Part shown: positions 59,831 through 64,000 of the stretch, in pieces | Numbering within the stretch: position 1 is the stretch's first letter | Layout of the letters: each line of letters opens with the position of its first letter | Source: an uncultured Acidobacteriota bacterium | Lineage (GTDB): Bacteria; Acidobacteriota; Terriglobia; Terriglobales; Acidobacteriaceae | NCBI GenBank assembly: GCA_963838765.1 | Contig: CAWISU010000076.1 | Span: 514 to 64,513 of the forward strand | Length of the DNA: 64,000 nt | Direction of reading: 5' to 3' | The notes under the pieces: model-generated | Database searches by the model: none | What the model was told of the DNA's origin: nothing | What the model saw: the letters and a program-made list of their open reading frames with translations, nothing else | Program-made: the position numbers and the translations under genes

Positions 59831-60136
59831 TCATCCTCGCCCAGAATTGGCCGCCCAGGACCGCCAGACCAGGCAGACAAAGCCGTTCTTACCCTGTACC
59901 GCCGTTTCGTAGTCGTGATTGCCCAGGACTGGAACGCTCGCATCGGCGGAAATCGAAGTAGGCGCGGCGGTTTGCGCCAGCGCGATCTCCGCAGAAACAC
60001 TTGCCTCACGGTATTGCTCGATAGGCGCCATGACGGGAAAAGCGGGTTTCGCATCCTCGGCGCAGGGTGTCCCGATGGCTCCAATCAGGAAAGCCAGTCC
60101 GTACAGCTCGATCATCGGTCGTCTTCTTGTTCGCAC
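59831..60136 (-). pseudogene. truncated secreted protein of unknown function
   Basis: 101-aa ORF with a signal-like N-terminus (MIELYGLAFLIGAIGTPCA). It ends abruptly and the reading appears to continue briefly in another frame (ORF 59785-60084). Confidence 0.35.
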
Positions 60137-60305
60137 GGGTCGCCTACTTCAAACACACATCGTTTATTTGCTATATGACCAATTATCAACGAAAGCGACG
60201 AATGTCAACTGCACGGGGTTAGGTGGAAAACGGGAGACTGTCCCCTGGAGTGGACCCCAAAACTGAGACATGGAAAATGGCGACAGTTCTGGAGGAGAAG
60301 AACGC

Positions 60306-60470
60306 ATGTCACAAGAGAACCAAGCTGAGTACGCGATGGAGTTGAAGTTGAGGGCAGTGCAGCGGGGGAAAGCGTAAGGGCGGTGGCGGAGGAGTTGGGG
60401 ATTCGACGCAAGCGGCTGTACGTTTGGAAAGATCGCTACGCGGAGTTCGGTGGTTTTCGCTGCTTAACGC
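60306..60470 (+). mobile_element. IS3-family transposase orfA (HTH) remnant, frame-broken and truncated
   Basis: The ATG at 60306 gives MSQENQAEYAMELKLRAVQRGKA*. The next frame reads (E)SVRAVAEELGIRRKRLYVWKDRYAEFGG. This is a typical IS3/IS911 orfA N-terminus. No orfB/DDE region follows. Confidence 0.6.
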
Positions 60471-60563
60471 CGCTGTTCAGCCGCGCCCTATATAAGCCGA
60501 AGGAGAAGGACCTGCTGACTGGGCGTCGGCTGCAACAGCTTGTTCGGCGGCATTCCCGAGCCA

Positions 60564-61088
60564 TCACGACTGCCCGGTCATACGCCCACCCAAGATGCGG
60601 TCGATTTGCCGAAGATGGTTCAAGTCGTGTGCCGCTTCCAAGCGGACGAACTCCTCGACCGTTTGCCGTCCGCGTACCTCGTGGACCCCATAGCACTCCA
60701 CCCACCGTGCGCGCGGGACCGACTCCAACAGTCGCAGGTTGCTCTCGCGCAACGCCCGAAAAACCCCTGCCGAAAGGCTCGCATCTTGCTGCGCGTAACC
60801 CAAGCGCTCGGCCCATACGGCCTCATCCCACCACGTCAGGGCCACGCCCGGATTCGCCAGCATGTTTCGCAATCGCCACCCCATCGCCAGCTCCGCGTCC
60901 GCCAAGTGCGATACGATCTCGGCGATTGACCACTTTTCAGGCGCAGGACGCCGGATCAACTCCTCGGGCGCGACATCGCGCAGTCGACGCTCGAGCTGGG
61001 ATGGGGTGGCTTGTTGGACACCGATGGGCTCCTCATCGCCAAGGTAGCTCAGGACTCGGTTTCGGTATGCTTCGAACGTCTCTGCCAT
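60564..61088 (-). CDS. DinB-superfamily protein
   Basis: 174 aa forming a four-helix bundle with His triad context: WSIAEIVSHLADAEL ... LEAAHDLNHLRQI. Confidence 0.8.
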   Translation of the reverse strand: MAETFEAYRNRVLSYLGDEEPIGVQQATPSQLERRLRDVAPEELIRRPAPEKWSIAEIVSHLADAELAMGWRLRNMLANPGVALTWWDEAVWAERLGYAQQDASLSAGVFRALRESNLRLLESVPRARWVECYGVHEVRGRQTVEEFVRLEAAHDLNHLRQIDRILGGRMTGQS

Positions 61089-61365
61089 TGGTCCTCCCGG
61101 TAGACTGTGTATGCCGCCGAACTCGTGTTGGAGTAGACCGTTCTCGCTGCTTCGCAGCTAACGGCCTCTCCACCCGCGGCCATCCTAGCGCACAACCCCA
61201 ACGGTCCCAACAGCTTCCGTTTGACGCCATCATCAGCTACGACCGGCGTATGGCTGCGAGCCACCCGACGGCCGCCGATTGGGGTTTTGTTAGAGGCGCT
61301 CAGCAAATCGCTATCGGTAAATCTGGCCACCAAAAAGCTGCGTCACTCAAGCGTGCCGCTAGTTC

Positions 61366-61668
61366 CTACACTTTCGCTAGAATGGCTTTCTTGATTTGCG
61401 TGATTCTGGCCTCGTCGCGCTTGTAAAAGGTCCACTTCTTGATTCGCTTGGGGCGGGTCAGTCCGGCCTGGCACAGAATCTTCATGTGTTCGCTCGTGGT
61501 CGGTTGGCTAATGCGAAGCTTGCGCGCAATGAGGCAGCCGCAAACCCCATCCTTCACCAAATCGCCGTCGACTTGTGGGGGGAAGTGCTTGGTTGGGTTC
61601 TTAAGCCACTCAAGAATCTGTAGTCTGCGCTCATTCGCGAGAGCCCGGATTGCGACAGTCGATATCAT
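61366..61668 (-). CDS. ArsR/SmtB-family transcriptional regulator
   Basis: 100 aa. The product contains RALANERRLQILEWL followed by the HTH CLIARKLRISQPTTSEHMKILCQAGL and the wing RIKKWTFYK. Confidence 0.85.
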   Translation of the reverse strand: MISTVAIRALANERRLQILEWLKNPTKHFPPQVDGDLVKDGVCGCLIARKLRISQPTTSEHMKILCQAGLTRPKRIKKWTFYKRDEARITQIKKAILAKV

Positions 61669-61740
61669 TACGTTTAGGACACTCCCTAATTATCATAACA
61701 CTTTCGTAGAAATTTGCGGCGGTTTAGAGCCTCATTCGCG

Positions 61741-62039
61741 TGCCTTGTTGCCGACGTCGCTAATGGGACTCTTGCCCATCTTCGAAGCATTCGGCGTCTC
61801 CCTGGCAGTCTGCGGCAATACCCACATTCAGTTTGACCAGATGGTCGGCACGACTCGAGTCGTGAACGCAGGCAGCGTCGGCATTCCATTCAGAGAACCC
61901 GGCGACCGATTGGCTGCTGCTCGATCCCGATGTTCACCTCCTCCACACTCGCTACAATCTTGCCCGAGCCGCCGATCGCAGCCGGCATTTGAAACTTGAC
62001 ACGCGAAATTATTTTGTGCCATTATATTTCGTCAGTTAG
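61741..62039 (+). pseudogene. C-terminal remnant of a metallophosphoesterase (YfcE/MJ0936-like), frame-broken
   Basis: The sequence reads ..LAVCGNTHIQFDQMVGTTRVVNAGSVGIPFREPG and then, in another frame, WLLLDPDVHLLHTRYNLARAADR... The N-terminal metal-binding motifs are absent. Confidence 0.5.
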
Positions 62040-62178
62040 CTAATATACATATTATGATGCATTCGCAGAGCCTTCGGCGGCCCTTGGATCCCGCTTGGAA
62101 CTTGTGCGGAAATAGAACCGGTCGCTGAGCTTTCCGATGTAGGCAGTGTACGTTTAGCGATGAAAGGATGCCCTCCCG

Positions 62179-63144
62179 ATGAAGGCGATCTGCGTTAGCG
62201 AATTCGGCGGTCCTGAAGTTCTGAAACTGGAAGCCATGCCCGACCCTCGACCGCCCCAATCCGGGGAAGTCGTAGTTCGTGTGAATGCCGCGGGTGTGAA
62301 CCCTTACGACACTTACATGCGCTCTGGCGCCTACGGCTCCGGGAATCCGGCCCTCCCCTTTACGCCCGGTTCCGACGCCGCCGGAGTCGTGGAATCCGTG
62401 GCAACGGATGTCGACCTGACGCCGGGGGATCGTGTCTATACCACTGGGACGATCACCGGAGCCTATGCGGAGTTGGCGTTGTGCAAGCGCTCCCAGGTTC
62501 ACCCACTGCCTGAGCGCGTGAGCTACGCCCAGGGCGCAGGCGTTTACGTTCCTTATGCCACTGCGTATCGTGCGCTGTTTCAGTTGGCGCGAGCCAGGCC
62601 CGGCGAGAGTCTGCTCGTCCACGGAGCAAGTGGTGGCGTCGGGTTGGCCGCGGTTCAATTCGCGCGCGCGGCGGGCATGAAGGTCATCGGCACGGCAGGA
62701 AGCGACGAAGGCCTGCAGTTGGTGAAGAAAGAGGGAGCGCTTGAGGCAATCAACCACCGCTCTACGGATTATCACAAGCAGATTCTCGAGCTAACGAACG
62801 GGGGTGGAGTCGATGTGATCCTCGAGGTGTTGGCGAACGTAAACCTTGCCCACGATCTGAACATGCTGGCCTATCGCGGACGAGTCGTTGTGGTGGGCTC
62901 TAGAGGAAAAGTCGAAATCAACCCTCGAGACATAATGACGCGTGAGGCGGCCGTATTCGGAGTTTTTCTCTGGAAGGTGCCAGTGGCAGAAGCGTCGGAG
63001 GCTCAAGCCGCTCTTCAGGCGGGATTGGGAAATGGAACCCTGCGTCCGGTGATTGCTGCGGAGTTGCCTCTGGCCTCAGCTCCTGATGCCCACCGGCGAG
63101 TCATGGAAGCCGGTGCACGAGGCAAGATTGTTCTCATCCCCTGA
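62179..63144 (+). CDS. NADPH:quinone oxidoreductase (zeta-crystallin-type MDR)
   Basis: 321 aa. It begins MKAICVSEFGGPEVLKLE, has the nucleotide-binding motif LVHGASGGVGLAAVQFA and ends in GARGKIVLIP. Confidence 0.9.
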   Translation: MKAICVSEFGGPEVLKLEAMPDPRPPQSGEVVVRVNAAGVNPYDTYMRSGAYGSGNPALPFTPGSDAAGVVESVATDVDLTPGDRVYTTGTITGAYAELALCKRSQVHPLPERVSYAQGAGVYVPYATAYRALFQLARARPGESLLVHGASGGVGLAAVQFARAAGMKVIGTAGSDEGLQLVKKEGALEAINHRSTDYHKQILELTNGGGVDVILEVLANVNLAHDLNMLAYRGRVVVVGSRGKVEINPRDIMTREAAVFGVFLWKVPVAEASEAQAALQAGLGNGTLRPVIAAELPLASAPDAHRRVMEAGARGKIVLIP

Positions 63145-63228
63145 CGAAAGCAATGTACCCGCATCTTGCGGGAGTCGCCGTCGTTAGTTACACGAGTAGC
63201 CCAAGCTCAGGTCGGGCAAAGGAGGTTT

Positions 63229-63603
63229 ATGCGCAATGTCGTCTGCACCGGCAAGGCTCCCGGTGTCGGGCCTTACTCACAAGCTGTCAAGGGCGGTGGA
63301 TTTATTTTCGTGAGCGGACAGCTTGCTCTGGATCCCGTTACCCGGCAGATCATCGCGGGTGACGCCCGCCAACAGACCGAACGTGCCCTTCAGAATATTG
63401 CCGCGGTCCTTGAGGCCTCTGGATCCAACCTGGACAAAGTCGTGCGGTGCGGAGTGTTTCTGAAAAACATGGGTGACTTCGAAGCGATGAATGAGGTGTA
63501 TGGAAAGATCTTTGGCCCGTATCCCCCGGCGCGCACAACCGTCGAGGCGGCGCGTCTGCCGAAAGACAGCCTGGTGGAGATTGACGCTATCGCCCTGGAG
63601 TGA
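63229..63603 (+). CDS. RidA/YjgF-family reactive-intermediate deaminase
   Basis: The start is taken at the ATG 5 nt after AGGAGG. The product begins MRNVVCTGKAPGVGPYSQAVKGGGFIFVSGQLALDP and later contains ..ARTTVEAARLPKDSLVEIDAIA. Confidence 0.9.
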   Translation: MRNVVCTGKAPGVGPYSQAVKGGGFIFVSGQLALDPVTRQIIAGDARQQTERALQNIAAVLEASGSNLDKVVRCGVFLKNMGDFEAMNEVYGKIFGPYPPARTTVEAARLPKDSLVEIDAIALE

Positions 63604-63714
63604 CATTCACATTGCAAGAATTGAAGCCGATGGTCCGACAGTGCGGGCTAGTGTTTCGTGAACTCCGCCCCCATCTCCAATCAGAGAACGAGTTCGTGGA
63701 GCTGCCGTTGGCTG

Positions 63715-64000
63715 TCAGCTGTGAATATAGCTCGTCCAGGTAACGGACAAGATCTTCCACTGCCCATCAATTTTACGCACCTGCCAGTGTTCGACGCCTG
63801 AATTGGTAACCTTGTCGTTGACGACAAAATCGTAATTAAATGTCACCAGCCCTAGATCACCGTCCTGGCGAATCTCGATATTGTGAAATTTCTCTTCGAG
63901 TTTGTCCTTCGACGTAGAGAGGAATTTCGCAAATCCATCTAGACGGCTCGGGCCAATCCCATCGAACTGAGCGTTATATTTGCGGGCGCTATCAACTTCT
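63715..64000 (-). CDS. NTF2/SnoaL-like (DUF4440-type) protein, C-terminal part (5' end beyond the right edge)
   Basis: The reverse strand reads ..FAKFLSTSKDKLEEKFHNIEIRQDGDLGLVTFNYDFVVNDKVTNSGVEHWQVRKIDGQWKILSVTWTSYIHS*. Confidence 0.55.
   Translation of the reverse strand, partial: EVDSARKYNAQFDGIGPSRLDGFAKFLSTSKDKLEEKFHNIEIRQDGDLGLVTFNYDFVVNDKVTNSGVEHWQVRKIDGQWKILSVTWTSYIHS

Noticed and set aside
60383-61426. 347-aa ORF on the plus strand
   Set aside because: It is antisense to the well-supported DinB gene, and its Pro/Arg/Ser-rich translation has no motifs. Only its first 30 codons or so (AEELGIRRKRLYVWKDRYAEFGG) are meaningful, as the IS3 orfA remnant.
62032-62775. 247-aa minus-strand ORF
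   Set aside because: It is antisense to the quinone oxidoreductase, whose nucleotide-binding motif lies on the plus strand.
63617-63714. A short reading MVRQCGLVFRELRPHLQSENEFVELPLAVSCEYSSSR resembling the N-terminus of a GNAT acetyltransferase
   Set aside because: It spans only about 35 codons before a stop and has no acetyl-CoA-binding motif. It may be another gene remnant, but the evidence is too thin to list it.

Overview
The window is a 64 kb chromosomal segment of high-GC bacterial DNA. The gene content looks Acidobacteria-like, which I infer from an ADOP/MacB-type duplicated permease, two very large TonB-dependent-receptor-like proteins with CarboxypepD_reg-type N-termini, two 'GloVer' tandem-repeat proteins, many TPR regulators and several ECF sigma factors. 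No homology search was possible. Most of the window is ordinary housekeeping or accessory metabolism: guaB, two class V aminotransferases, an amino-acid permease, an M61 peptidase, alpha/beta hydrolases, a quinone oxidoreductase, RidA, tRNA-Leu(GAG) and tRNA-Arg(CCT). I found no rRNA, no CRISPR array and no intact transposase.

Five things deserve a second look:
1. An AT-rich islet at about 31.5-34.4 kb sits directly upstream of guaB. It carries an orphan Phd/YefM-type antitoxin, a 107-aa unknown protein and a 463-aa unknown protein whose C-terminus looks PD-(D/E)xK nuclease-like. This is my best candidate for an undescribed defence or conflict module.
2. A module of ECF sigma, zf-HC2 anti-sigma, conserved unknown protein, TPR protein and TPR-CHAT (caspase-like) protein lies at 4.5-10.7 kb, next to tRNA-Leu.
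3. There is an unusual density of single-base +1 reading-frame breaks. Six fall within 5.9-12.8 kb and three more lie elsewhere (one of them -1). They are either consensus indel errors or real pseudogenisation.
4. A gene-decay zone at 58.8-62.0 kb surrounds an IS3-type orfA remnant.
5. Two families of short dispersed repeats are present: a C-tract element of about 120 bp and a REP-like palindrome.

All functional calls come from motifs read in the translated ORFs. No database search was run.
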